A DNA stretch of 64,000 nt. Source: Macrostomum lignano (taxonomy: Eukaryota). Shown in pieces: positions 11,627 to 24,038 of this stretch. Where the stretch lies: the NCBI GenBank assembly GCA_002269645.1, contig NIVC01001647.1:56445-120444 (forward strand), in the 5' to 3' direction. Within the stretch, counting starts at the first letter, position 1. Each line of letters starts with the position of its first letter. Below the pieces are notes generated by a model that ran no database searches, was not told the DNA's origin, and worked only from the letters and a program-made list of their open reading frames with translations. The position numbers and the translations under genes are program-made.

Positions 11627-12039
11627 CCGAGTCATAAATGCCAAACCATGCGAGGGCTCTCTGGCAGCTTGAAGAGGCCCCAGTTACCAGAGGCTTGCAT
11701 TATTAGTCCCATTATTTTATTACCGCGGTCTATAGACAACAGATGGCAACAAAAGTACATCCGAGGCGATGAAAAATGCAAAAAAGCAACAGAGAAAAAT
11801 CCGAAGGAGATGCAGACGATGCCATTCTGAAGTCAAGACTTGGGTGGCCAACCTTTGTCGCAATAAATCTGTTGTCAAGTTCCGGCGAGGAGGAGAGGCT
11901 TCTGACATGGGTGGGTGATAAAGGTTTTAGCCTGTGGTCTCGGTGCTGCACCTGGTAATTCCTTCACTTTGTTTGGCAGAAAATAAGGAGGTAGCTTATT
12001 GTGTACTTTTAGAGGGTGATGGCTGTGGCACGCTGAGGA

Positions 12040-13575
12040 GCCCAATCACCCACAATCACTCACACCCCAATGACCCACACCCCAATCACCCCAATCACCC
12101 ACAATCACTCACACCCCAATGACCCACACCCCAATCACCCCAATCACCCACAATCACTCACACCCAATGACCCACACCCAATTACCCCAATCACCCACAA
12201 TCACTCAAACTCCAATGACCCACACCCCAATCACCCCAATCACCCACAATCACTCACACTAAAATGACCCACACCCAATCACCCACAATCACTCACACCC
12301 AATGACCCACACCCCAATCACCCCAATCACCCACAATCACTCACACCCCAATGACCCACACCCCAATCACCCCAATCACCCACACCCCAATCACCCGAAT
12401 CATCCCAATCACCCACACCTTAATCACCCCAATCACCCGAATCACCCACACCCCAATCACCCGAATCATCCCAATCACCCACACCTTAATCACCCCAATC
12501 ACCCGAATCATCCCAATCACCCACACCTTAATCACCCGAATCACCCCAATCACCCACACCCCAATCACCCACACCCCAATCACCCCAGTCGCACACACCC
12601 CAGTCGCACACACCCCAGTCGCACACACCCCAATCGCACACACCCCAATCGCACACACCCCAATCGCACACACCCCAATCGCACACACCCCAATCGCACA
12701 CACTCCAGTCGCACACACCCCAATCGCACACACTCCAGTCGCACACACCCCAATCGCACACACTCCAGTCGCACACACCCCAATCGCACACACCCCAGTC
12801 GCACACACCCCAATCGCACACACCCCAGTCGCACACACCCCAATCGCACACACCCCAATCGCACACACCCCAATCGCACACACCCCAATCGCACACACCC
12901 CAATCGCACACACTCCAGTCGCACACACCCCAATCGCACACACCCCAGTCGCACACACCCCAATCGCACACACTCCAGTCGCACACACCCCAATCGCACA
13001 CACTCCAGTCGCACACACCCCAATCGCACACACCCCAGTCGCACACACCCCAATCGCACACACCCCAGTCGCACACACCCCAATCGCACACACCCCAATC
13101 GCACACACCCCAATCGCACACACCCCAATCGCACACACCCCAATCGCACACACTCCAGTCGCACACACCCCAATCGCACACACCCCAGTCGCACACACCC
13201 CAATCGCACACACTCCAGTCGCACACACCCCAATCGCACACACCCCAGTCGCACACACCCCAATCGCACACACCCCAATCGCACACACCCCAATCGCACA
13301 CACTCCAGTCGCACACACCCCAATCGCACACACTCCAGTCGCACACACCCAAATCGCACACACCCCAGTGGCACACACCCCAATCGCACACACTCCAGTC
13401 GCACACACCCCAATCGCACACATCCCAGTCGCACACACCCCAATCGCACACACTCCAGTCGCACACACCCCAATCGCACACACCCCAATCGCACACACTC
13501 CAGTCGCACACACCCCAATCGCACACACCCCAATCGCACACACCCAGTCGCACACACCCCAATCACCCACACCTA
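12040..13575. repeat. Compound C/A-rich array: 9-bp-based CCCCAATCA modules, then 15-bp CAATCGCACACACCC units
   Basis: Tandem repeats whose period changes near 12585. Confidence 0.96.
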
Positions 13576-14165
13576 GTAATCCATTCCCCAGCTTCAAAGC
13601 TTCATCCTGAGTGGTGGAAGGCTCGCTCTCACCAGAGAAAGCAAAGACATTCCTGACACTGGCAATGGGTCTTCAACACCCTTTTCCCCTTGCCTGCTGC
13701 TGGCGGAATGCGCCATCTTAACTAATTAATCCCAATTGGCACTCGACACGGAGAAGATTCTCTCCCCCGTTGTCTCTAGCAAACTGTGATGCAGCGCGCA
13801 GCTTCCCAGGAATCAGCGGGATCTTGAAGAAAAAACTATTCGCTGGGGAGGCCGCGTTCCCAGTGGCAACACTGGAAGGGGGCACTGACCCCCCTGCCAG
13901 CGCCAGTTGTCAAATATGTTTTTTTCCCGCGCAAAAACCAGCTGCTACGCCGGGTCAGCAGCATTTCTTCTAGGAGAAGAGGATGAACATTCCAGCAAAG
14001 CTGATGCTGCAGGCGACTTGCGGCGCGTGCGAGACGCCCGCCTTTTGCCAGATGCAACGGAAAACCGATACGAGTATGGAAGTCGGGTGACTCCTTGGCA
14101 TTGGCCGCACTAGGTCGTTGGTGCTTTGATGGCGAGCGGGGACCTGGGATGATGTTCTTAGATTG

Positions 14166-15997
14166 ATTCTTGTACTGTCTGGCTGGCTCTTAGTTAGATT
14201 CTTGTACAGTCTGGCTGGTTTTCAAATGGATTCTTGTACAGTCTGGCTGGTTTTCAAATGGATTCTTGTACAGTCTGGCTGGCTCTCAATTGGATTCTTG
14301 TACAATCTAGCTGGTTCTCAATTGGATTCTTGTACAGTCTGGCTGGCTCTCAGTTGGATTCTTGTACAGTCTGGCTGGCTCTCAATTGGATTCTTGTACA
14401 ATCTAGCTGGTTCTCAATTGGATTATTGTACAGTCTGGCTGGCTCTTAGTTAGATTCTTGTACAGTGTGGCTGGTTTTCAATTGGATTCTTGTGCAGTGT
14501 GGCTGGTTCTCAATTGGATTCTTGTACAGTCTGGCTGGCTCTCAGTTGGATTCTTGTACAGTCTGGCTGGTTCTCAATTGGATTCTTGTACAGTCTGGCT
14601 GGCTCTCAATTGGATTCTTGTACTGTCTGGCTGGCTCTCAATTGGATTCTTGTACAATCTAGCTGGTTCTCAATTGGATTCTTGTACAGTCTGGCTGGCT
14701 CTTAGTTAGATTCTTGTACAGTCTGGCTGGTTTTCAAATGGATTCTTGTACAGTCTGGCTGGCTCTCAATTGGATTCTTGTACAATCTAGCTGGTTCTCA
14801 ATTGGATTCTTGTACAGTCTGGCTGGCTCTCAGTTGGATTCTTGTACAGTCTGGCTGGCTCTCAGTTGGATTCTTGTACAGTCTGGCTGGCTCTCAGTTG
14901 GATTCTTGTACAATCTAGCTGGTTCTCAATTGGATTCTTGTACAGTCTGGCTGGCTCTCAGTTGGATTCTTGTACAATCTGGCTGGCTCTCAGTTGGATT
15001 CTTGCACAATCTGGCTGGCTCTCAGTTGGATTCTTGTACAGTCTGGCTGGCTCTCAATTGGATTCTTGTACAGTCTGGCTGGCTCTCAATTGGATTCTTG
15101 TACTGTCTGGCTGGCTCTCAATTGGATTCTTGTACAATCTAGCTGGTTCTCAATTGGATTCTTGTACAGTCTGGCTGGCTCTCAGTTGGATTCTTGTACA
15201 GTCTGGCTGGCTCTCAGTTTGATTCTTGTACAGTCTGGCTGGTTCTCAATTGGATTCTTGTACAGTCTGGCTGGCTCTCAATTGGATTCTTGTACAGTCT
15301 GGCTGGCTCTCAATTGGATTCTTGTACTGTCTGGCTGGCTCTCAATTGGATTCTTGTACAATCTAGCTGGTTCTCAATTGGATTCTTGTACAGTGTGGCT
15401 GGTTTTCAATTGGATTCTTGTGCAGTGTGGCTGGTTTTCAATTGGAATCTTGTACAGTGTGGCTGGTTTTCAATTGGATTCTTGTACAGTCTGGCTGGCT
15501 CTCAATTGGATTCTTGTACAGTCTGGCTGGCTCTCAGTTGGATTCTTGTACAGTCTGGCTGGCTCTCAATTGGATTCTTGTACAATGTAGCTGGTTCTCA
15601 ATTGGATTCTTGTACAATCTAGCTGGTTCTCAATTGGATTCTTGTACAATGTGGCTGGTTCTCAATTGAATTCTTGTACAGTCTGGCTGGCTCTCAATTG
15701 GATTCTTGTACAATGTAGCTGGTTCTCAATTGGATTCTTGTACAGTCTGGCTGGCTCTCAATTGGATTCTTGTACAGTCTGGCTGGCTCTCAATTGGATT
15801 CTTGTACAGTCTGGCTGGCTCTCAATTGGATTCTTGTACTGTCTGGCTGGCTCTCAATTGGATTCTTGTACAATGTAGCTGGTTCTCAATTGGATTCTTG
15901 TACAATCTAGCTGGTTCTCAATTGGATTCTTGTACAATGTGGCTGGTTCTCAATTGAATTCTTGTACAGTCTGGCTGGCTCTCAATTGGATTCTTGT
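14166..15997. repeat. 32-bp minisatellite GGATTCTTGTACAGTCTGGCTGGCTCTCAATT, ~57 copies
   Basis: Direct tandem repeat with several recurring variant units. Confidence 0.97.
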
Positions 15998-16524
15998 ATA
16001 ATGTTTGGTTGTCACTGGAAAACAGTGCCTTAAAATGCTTGCTAAATATCGTCAGCGAGTGTCACTGCACACTCTACGAGTTGGAAGGAATGTCTATGGC
16101 TAAAGCTCCCTTGCTAGGGTTCACACGCTGGATGATTCCCCGGGGGAACACCCGAGAATCCACAGCCAAAAAGCACACAACGAGCCAGGACTATTTTTTG
16201 CCAAAGAAACACGCCACACAAAAAAAGATACTGACGAACGGTGCGAAAGTAAGTCGGTAAGTTCGAGCCTAATAACTGTGTTGTCAACATCGGCTTTGCG
16301 TAGTTGTTATATGTATGTATGCGGTTTGCAGCCCAGATTCTATGGAAGGTTGGGCTATCAAGAATCCAAAATAGCGCTGTTTTCTCCGCAAATGGCTTTA
16401 AAAAATTTTCGGAGAATTGCGCAGGTCCGAAATTCGCAGATGTTCGAAATGGGAGAAAATCGGTTCTGCCGTGGCTGTTGTGAGGCGATCTGCCTGTAAC
16501 ATAAAGTATTAACCGTAAGCTGAG

Positions 16525-17833
16525 GGCACCCTCCTTAACAGCACCCTCCTTCCCTAACAGCACCCTCCCTAACAGCACCCTCCCTAACAGCAACCTCCCT
16601 AACAGCAACCTCCCTAACAGCACCCTCCCTAACAGCACCCTCCCTAACAGCACCCTCCCTAACAGCACCCTCCTTCCCTAACAGCACCCTCCCTAACAGC
16701 ACCCTCCCTAACAGCACCCTCCCTAACAGCACCCTCCCTAACAGCACCCTCCCTAACAGCACCCTCCCTAACAGCAACCTCCCTAACAGCACCCTCCCTA
16801 ACAGCAACCTCCCTAACAGCAACCTCCCTAACAGCACCCTCCTTCCCTAACAGCACCCTCCCTAACAGCACCCTCCCTAACAGCACCCTCCCTAACAGCA
16901 CCCTCCCTAACAGCACCCTCCCTAACAGCACCCTCCCTAACAGCAACCTCCCTAACAGCACCCTCCCTAACAGCAACCTCCCTAACAGCAACCTCCCTAA
17001 CAGCACCCTCCCTAACCGCACCCTCCCTAACAGCACCCTCCCTAACAGCAACTTCCCTAACAGCACCCTCCCTAACAGCAACCTCCCTAACAGCACCCTC
17101 CCTAACAGCACCCTCCCTAACAGCAACCTCCCTAACCGCACCCTCCCTAACAGCAACCTCCCTAACAGCACCCTCCCTAACAGCACCCTCCCTCCCTAAC
17201 AGCACCCTCCCTAACAGCACCCTCCCTAACAGCACCCTCCCTAACAGCACCTTCCCTAACCGCACCCTCCCTAACAGCACCCTCCCTAACAGCACCCTCC
17301 CTAACAGCACCCTCCTTCCCTAACAGCACCCTCCCTAACAGCACCCTCCCTAACAGCACCCTCCCTAACAGCACCCTCCCTAACAGCACCCTCCCTAACA
17401 GCAACCTCCCTAACAGCACCCTCCCTAACAGCAACCTCCCTAACAGCAACCTCCCTAACAGCACCCTCCCTAACCGCACCCTCCCTAACAGCACCCTCCC
17501 TAACCGCACCCTCCCTAACAGCACCCTCCCTAACAGCACCCTCCCTCCCTAACAGCACCCTTCCTCCCTAACAGCACCCTCCCTCCCTAACAGCACCCTC
17601 CCTCCCTAACAGCACCCTTCCTCCCTAACAGCACCCTCCCTCCCTAACAGCACCCTCCCTCCCTAACAGCACCCTCCCTCCCTAACAGCACCCTCCCTCC
17701 CTAACAGCACCCTCCCTCCCTAACAGCACCCTCCCTCCCTAACAGCACCCTCCCTCCCTAACAGCACCCTCCCTCCCTAACAGCACCCTCCCTCCCTAAC
17801 AGCACCCTTCCTCCCTAACAGCACCCTCCCTAA
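16525..17833. repeat. 15/19-bp minisatellite CCCTAACAGCACCCT containing the telomeric hexamer CCCTAA
   Basis: Direct tandem repeat; a 19-bp variant dominates after ~17540. Confidence 0.96.
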
Positions 17834-18935
17834 CTGGTACTGAACTGGCACATTTCCAACTTGATCCGATGACCCAAAGCTGACCTGCTGGCAAGCCCCG
17901 CCCACTTCCGTTCAGGAAGTGCAATCTGAAGCTGTGTGGAGATCACCAGGAAAAAAAATCAACTCCCAAATGGCCACCCAAGTCGAGCGTGAAAGAAAAC
18001 GCCTCATCTCCCCAAAGCTTCTAAAAAAGCCTCTAAAAGGAATTCGCAGTTATGTTTCGCTAAAGCAGATTTTTTCAACTTACCAAAAAAATTTTTCTGC
18101 TTGCGCTTTTGGAGTTTTTAACCAACAGGAAACTGACTCAGCCAGTGGCCAGCCGGATAAATGATGTAATTCTGCTCCAACATCGTTCTATCCCATTGTA
18201 TTCTGAGGGCTTTTTCACACCCCACTAGAGAGAGAGAGAGAATTGAAAGGAACAAAAAGTTTTAGCACGCAACTTGCAAATTGTGGGTAGGCGGACCTCA
18301 GCTAACTTCATTTCTTAGAATATTTCCCGTCTCGGTAGTGTATTTTATTTTTTACGTTAAGACAGCCTCCAATACTGTTTTTGTTAGAAACAAATTGTCG
18401 CATCCGTTTCACGGGACCTGTCGCCTCTCCAGTTATTTAGGCTTTGGCATTCAATGTAAAATTGGTAACTAAGCTTGTTGGTTTAGTTAAACTGTAAACT
18501 GCCGGAAAGCGTCCCTTTCCAGGTTCTTTTTATTTTAGTACTCCATGTCTCTGAACCTTTCCAGATAATAACTACACGTAGTTTATATCCATCCCGGATT
18601 GGTGCACAGCAGAGACCTCTGCTGCCATTGGCTGGGCCATCCTGCCTTCTTCCACTTTCCTGTAAGCTAAAATGGCTCGAGGAGTTGTGTGCGCGCCTTC
18701 ACAAGCCATCAAGTGATTCCAGTTTAAGCAGCCAAATAGACAAATTTGTAGATTGCTTCTCAATGCACTCTTTGACATTCGGGCTTCGGAGTCTGCGATA
18801 ATAATTTCATTATTATTGTGAAATCGTTTCAACTTTGTGATACCACCTTGTCTGCCTGAAGGGTCTGCGGTCATTTGAACCTGGTGAGTTCTGGTTGTTT
18901 AAACCTATCCTTGTCCTTATAAACAGTTTCTGGTC

Positions 18936-19370
18936 CATAGGGACAGGTTTTCTGGTTTATAGGGACAGGTTTCTGGTTAATAGGGACAGGGTTTCTGGTT
19001 AATAGGGACAGGTTTTCTGGTTTATAGGGACAGGTTTCTGGTTAATAGGGACAGGGTTTCTGGTTTATAGGGACAGGGTTTCTAGTTTATAGGGACAGGG
19101 TATCTGGTTTACAGGGACAGGTTTCTGGTTAATAGGGACAGGTTTCTGGTTTATAGGGACAGGTTTCTGGTTTATATGGACAGGGTTTCTGGTTTATAGG
19201 GACAGGTTTCTGGTTTATAGGGACAGGGTTTCTGGTTTATAGGGACAGGGTTTCTGGTTTATAGGGACAGGGTTTCTGGTTTATATGGACAGGGTTTCTG
19301 GTTTATAGGGACAGGGTTTCTGGTTTATAGGGACAGGGTTTCTGGTTTATAGGGACAGGTTTCTAGTTTA
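18936..19370. repeat. 21/22-bp minisatellite TTTCTGGTTTATAGGGACAGG(G), ~20 copies
   Basis: Direct tandem repeat. Confidence 0.96.
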
Positions 19371-20041
19371 TGCAATTTCATAATAATATTTTTAATTGTT
19401 TCAACAATAATTCATATCGACTCCATCAGATTCAAAGCTGTAGATAGTGGGCAGAACAAAGTATCACAGAGCATTTGCCGACTTGCTTTGTAGAGTATAT
19501 GTCAGCGGCTTGAAGGTTAGCTTGACTTCTCTAACCCTTTGGGCTCCCCTTGTCTCCCGATCTCCCCCTCTCTCTCATCTCCCATGTCGCGCGCGCAACA
19601 CGAAGGTCAGGTTGTGTAGAAGCGGCGCCGCTCCCTCCCCCGGTTAGGTAAAACTCAGGCCACCAGACGGACTGTCTCCACGCCCCAAGCCATCCATCAC
19701 AGGGCGACAGACTGATAGTCGTCAGAGCGGTTTCAGCAATCGGCCAGCAGCAGCGGTAACCTGAAATCTGCTATTTACTATATAATATAGGCTTATAGTT
19801 AGTTTTTTATAAACTCCGAAGCTGCTAAACCTATAAGCCATATCCAACTGCCCATCATAATCTTTATGGGGCTTACCTGTGTTGCTGCCCGGATGGTGCC
19901 GCGAACAAAGCGCTATGGCAGCAGCTCGGTGTGTTGATGACCCCTAATTGATCATTGTTTAAACCATGAGAACTCAACAGTTTATATGGGGGATGTAGGG
20001 AGACCAGCTGAGGAACTTTTCTATTCCTACAGGGGACTGGC

Positions 20042-20980
20042 AGAGAGAGTAGATGTGAGAGGTAAAGGGAGGAGAGGGAGTAGAGGTGAGAGGTAAGGGG
20101 AGGAGAGAGAGTAGATGTGAGAGGTAAGGGGAGGAGAGAGAGTAGAGGTGAGAGGTAAGGGGAGGAGAGAGAGTAGAGGTGAGAGGTAAGGGGAGGAGAG
20201 AGAGTAGAGGTGAGAAGTAAGGGGAGGAGAGAGAGTAGAGGTGAGAGGTAAGGGGAGGAGAGAGAGTAGAGGTGAGAGGTAAGGGAGGAGAGAGAGTAGA
20301 GGTGAGAGGTAAGGGGAGGAGAGAGAGTAGAGGTGAGAGGTAAGGGGAGGAGAGAGAGTAGAGGTGAGAGGTAAGGGGAGGAGAGAGAGTAGAGGTGAGA
20401 GGTAAGGAGAGGAGAGAGAGTAGAGGTGAGAGGTAAGGGGAGGAGAGAGAGTAGAGGTGAGAGGTAAGGGGAGGAGAGAGAGTAGAGGTGAGAGGTAAGG
20501 GGAGGAGAGAGAGTAGAGGTGAGAGGTAAGGGAGGAGAGAGAGTAGAGGTGAGAGGTAAGGGGAGGAGAGAGAGTAGAGGTGAGAGGTAAGGGGAGGAGA
20601 GAGAGTAGAGGTGAGAGGTAAGGGAGGAGAGAGAGTAGAGGTGAGAGGTAAGGAGAGGAGAGAGAGTAGAGGTGAGAGGTAAGGGGAGGAGAGAGAGTAG
20701 AGGTGAGAGGTAAGGGGAGGAGAGAGAGTAGAGGTGAGAGGTAAGGGGAGGAGAGAGAGTAGAGGTGAGAGGTAAGGGGAGGAGAGAGAGTAGAGGTGAG
20801 AGGTAAGGGGAGGAGAGAGAGTAGAGGTGAGAGGTAAGGGGAGGAGAGAGAGTAGAGGTGAGAGGTAAGGGGAGGAGAGAGAGTAGAGGTGAGAGGTAAG
20901 GGGAGGAGAGAGAGTAGAGGTGAGAAGTAAGGGGAGGAGAGAGAGTAGAGGTGAGAAGTAAGGGGAGGAGAGAGAGTAGA
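20042..20980. repeat. 31-bp purine-rich minisatellite GGAGAGAGAGTAGAGGTGAGAGGTAAGGGGA, ~30 copies
   Basis: Direct tandem repeat. Confidence 0.96.
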
Positions 20981-22019
20981 GTTTATAGATAAGGAGAGGA
21001 AAGAGATAGATAGAGAAGAGTTTAGAGAACCATTGGCAAAAGAAAAAGAAGGTAGTGGAAGATTAGGGAGATTCCTTGAGATTCCTACACACATTCAGTC
21101 TGATCGGCAGTAACAATTCTATTAAAATTTTGGCACCCCATGAGAAAGGAAAAATGGCATTGGAAAAGCTTTGTATTGTAAAATGCTATCTTAAACTGAG
21201 CTACAGATTTTAACAGAGTTTCCAAGATCTGTATCGTGCGGTCCCCCAGGTGTACATAGCTTTAACTTTCCCTTGTCTTTTCCCAGTCCCCTAATTGCCG
21301 AAATCCTATACTCATTAAGCGATGCACAGAATCTATGCGAGGAAATTCAATACCAACAACTGAAAGATTCAAAGCACCAGTCAGCGATGGGGCTTGAGTT
21401 GCATCAACAGATTTGCGTAATTCAATCAACTTCAATACAGTCACTTTTTGTCTGGATAAAAAGCTTTTCAAATAGAATATTTTTTTCATTCTTGCTTTCT
21501 ATAGCTGTGGGGTGGGCAGAAATGCTTATTACTTGAAGCAAAATTAGCTCACAATGTAAAAGAAGACTTGTTGCAGTCGCACGTGCTCTGCTTTGAAGTT
21601 CGGGTGCGTTAAGGCGGCTCGACCCGTTTGTTTGTTTGCGTGTCAACTGAAATTCTTGCCTCGCAACTGACACCTGGGGAAGCAGTCAAAAGCGTAGACA
21701 CAGGGGTATAAAATTCCCCAGATTTGACGCCCAGAGTGGGACAGAAACTGACATGCGTGACTGGAGACGCTAATGGATATATACGACTTTGCTTGTTTGA
21801 AAGAAATTTGAAAAAATATTGAACTTGGAAAGGATTGTGGAACAAAATTGAAAAGAATAGACAGATTGGATTTTTTTTTTAAATGAACTTACCACAGAAA
21901 AATATGAGCAGTCATAGGGAGTGGCTAGGAGGCCAGAAATAGCTCATAATACAGAATTGAAATGAAATGTTAGAAGAGTAGAGAGAGTTCTATGGACCCA
22001 CACTGCAGATAAGTCAAAG

Positions 22020-22095
22020 AGTAGAGAGTAGACAGATAAGGTGAGAGGTGGGGAAAGGAGAGAGAGAGGGAGTAGAGGTGAGAGAGAGTAGAAAT

Positions 22096-22130
<35 letters not shown>

Positions 22131-22420
22131 GAGAGAGGTGAGATAGTAGAGGTGAGGGAGAGTAGAGGTGAGAGAGTGGAGTAGAGGTGAGAGAGAAGCG
22201 TAGAGGTGAGAGTCGAGGTGAAAGATTAGAGGTGAGAGAGTAGAGGTGAGAGTAAATGTGATAAAGAAAGAGAGAATAGAGGTGAGAGTAGAGGTGAGAG
22301 AAAGAGTGGAGGTGAGAGTAGAGGTGAGAGGGTAGAGATGAGAGAGTAGAGGTGAGATTAGAGGTGAGAGAGGTTAGAAGTGAGAGAGTAGAGGTGAGAG
22401 TAGAGATGAAAGAGCGAGAG
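22020..22420. repeat. Degenerate GAGAGTAGAGGT purine-rich tract
   Basis: Irregular repeats resembling the unit at 20042-20980. Confidence 0.85.
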
Positions 22421-22980
22421 AGGCGGAGAGAAACATTAAACAGACGGAGAAAGGCACAGAGTGTGAAATTAGCAGAGGTGATAAAGAAGGTCAAACTAGT
22501 CGATAGCTGCAGATCAAAGTTCGCAGCAAATGCAGCCAACGGTCTCCACAGGCAACCCTGAACCCAATGATGAAGCTGTCTACAGACCGCTGGTCTCTTA
22601 TCACCCGGTTGGCATCTCCGGATGGCCGGGCGGCAGGCTTTCAAATCGGGCCTTGTTGACACTGCTGGGACCTGTTTACTGTGTGTACTGTGGGAGGCCA
22701 CAGTTCCTCAGTCTTTGCACAGACACAGATTTTTTCTCTATCTAACAAACAGAGCGGGGGGACCCACCGGACGGCTGGCTGGACGGACCCTGATGGTCGA
22801 AAATTATTTTTACACTTGCCGCCACGGGTGGTCGTAGTTGCGTAATTCATTACATTTATTACATTGGCATGCCGATAGCATCAGCGGGTTGATCAGCTTA
22901 CAGCATCTTGATAGGAACAGACTGGAGCTTCCCAAGCTGAGGATCTGCTTTGGCGAGCACTTTCCCAATCCAGAATATGA

Positions 22981-24038
22981 TTTGTGAATATTCTATAGTT
23001 TGTGAATACTCTATAGTTTGTGAATACTCAATAGTTTGTGAATACTGTATAGTTTGTGAATGCTCTATAGTTTGTGAATATTCTATAGTTTGTGAATATT
23101 ATATAGTTTGTGAATACTCTATAGTTTGTGAATACTCTATAGTTTGTGAATACTCTATAGTTTGTGAATACTCAATAGTTTGTGAATACTGTATAGTTTG
23201 TGAATACTGTATAGTTTGTGAATACTCTATAGTTTGTGAATACTGTATAGTTTGTGAATACTCTATAGTTTGTGAATACTCAATAGTTTGTGAATACTGT
23301 ATAGTTTGTGAATGCTCTATAGTTTGTGAATATTCTATAGTTTGTGAATATTATATAGTTTGTGAATACTCTATAGTTTGTGAATACTCTATAGTTTGTG
23401 AATACTCTATAGTTTGTGAATACTCAATAGTTTGTGAATACTGTATAGTTTGTGAATACTGTATAGTTTGTGAATACTCTATAGTTTGTGAATACTGTAT
23501 AGTTTGTGAATACTCTATAGTTTGTGAATACTCAATAGTTTGTGAATACTGTATAGTTTGTGAATACTGTATAGTTTGTGAATATTCTATAGTTTGTGAA
23601 TATTATATAGTTTGTGAATACTCTATAGTTTGTGAATACTCTATAGTTTGTGAATACTCTATAGTTTGTGAATACTCAATAGTTTGTGAATACTGTATAG
23701 TTTGTGAATACTGTATAGTTTGTGAATACTCTATAGTTTGTGAATACTCTATAGTTTGTGAATACTCTATAGTTTGTGAATATTCTATAGTTTGTGAATA
23801 TTATATAGTTTGTGAATACTGTATAGTTTGTGAATATTCTATAGTATGTGAATACTCTATAGTTTGTGAATATTCTATAGTTTGTGAATACTGTATAGTT
23901 TGTGAATACTCTATAGTTTGTGAATATTCTATAGTTTGTGAATACTGTATAGTTTGTGAATATTATATAGTTTGTGAATACTCTATAGTTTGTGAAAATT
24001 CTATAGTTTGTGAATATTCTATAGTTTGTGAATACTCT
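22981..24038. repeat. 18-bp minisatellite TAGTTTGTGAATACTCTA, ~58 copies
   Basis: Direct tandem repeat; source of the IVCEYS pseudo-ORF. Confidence 0.98.
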
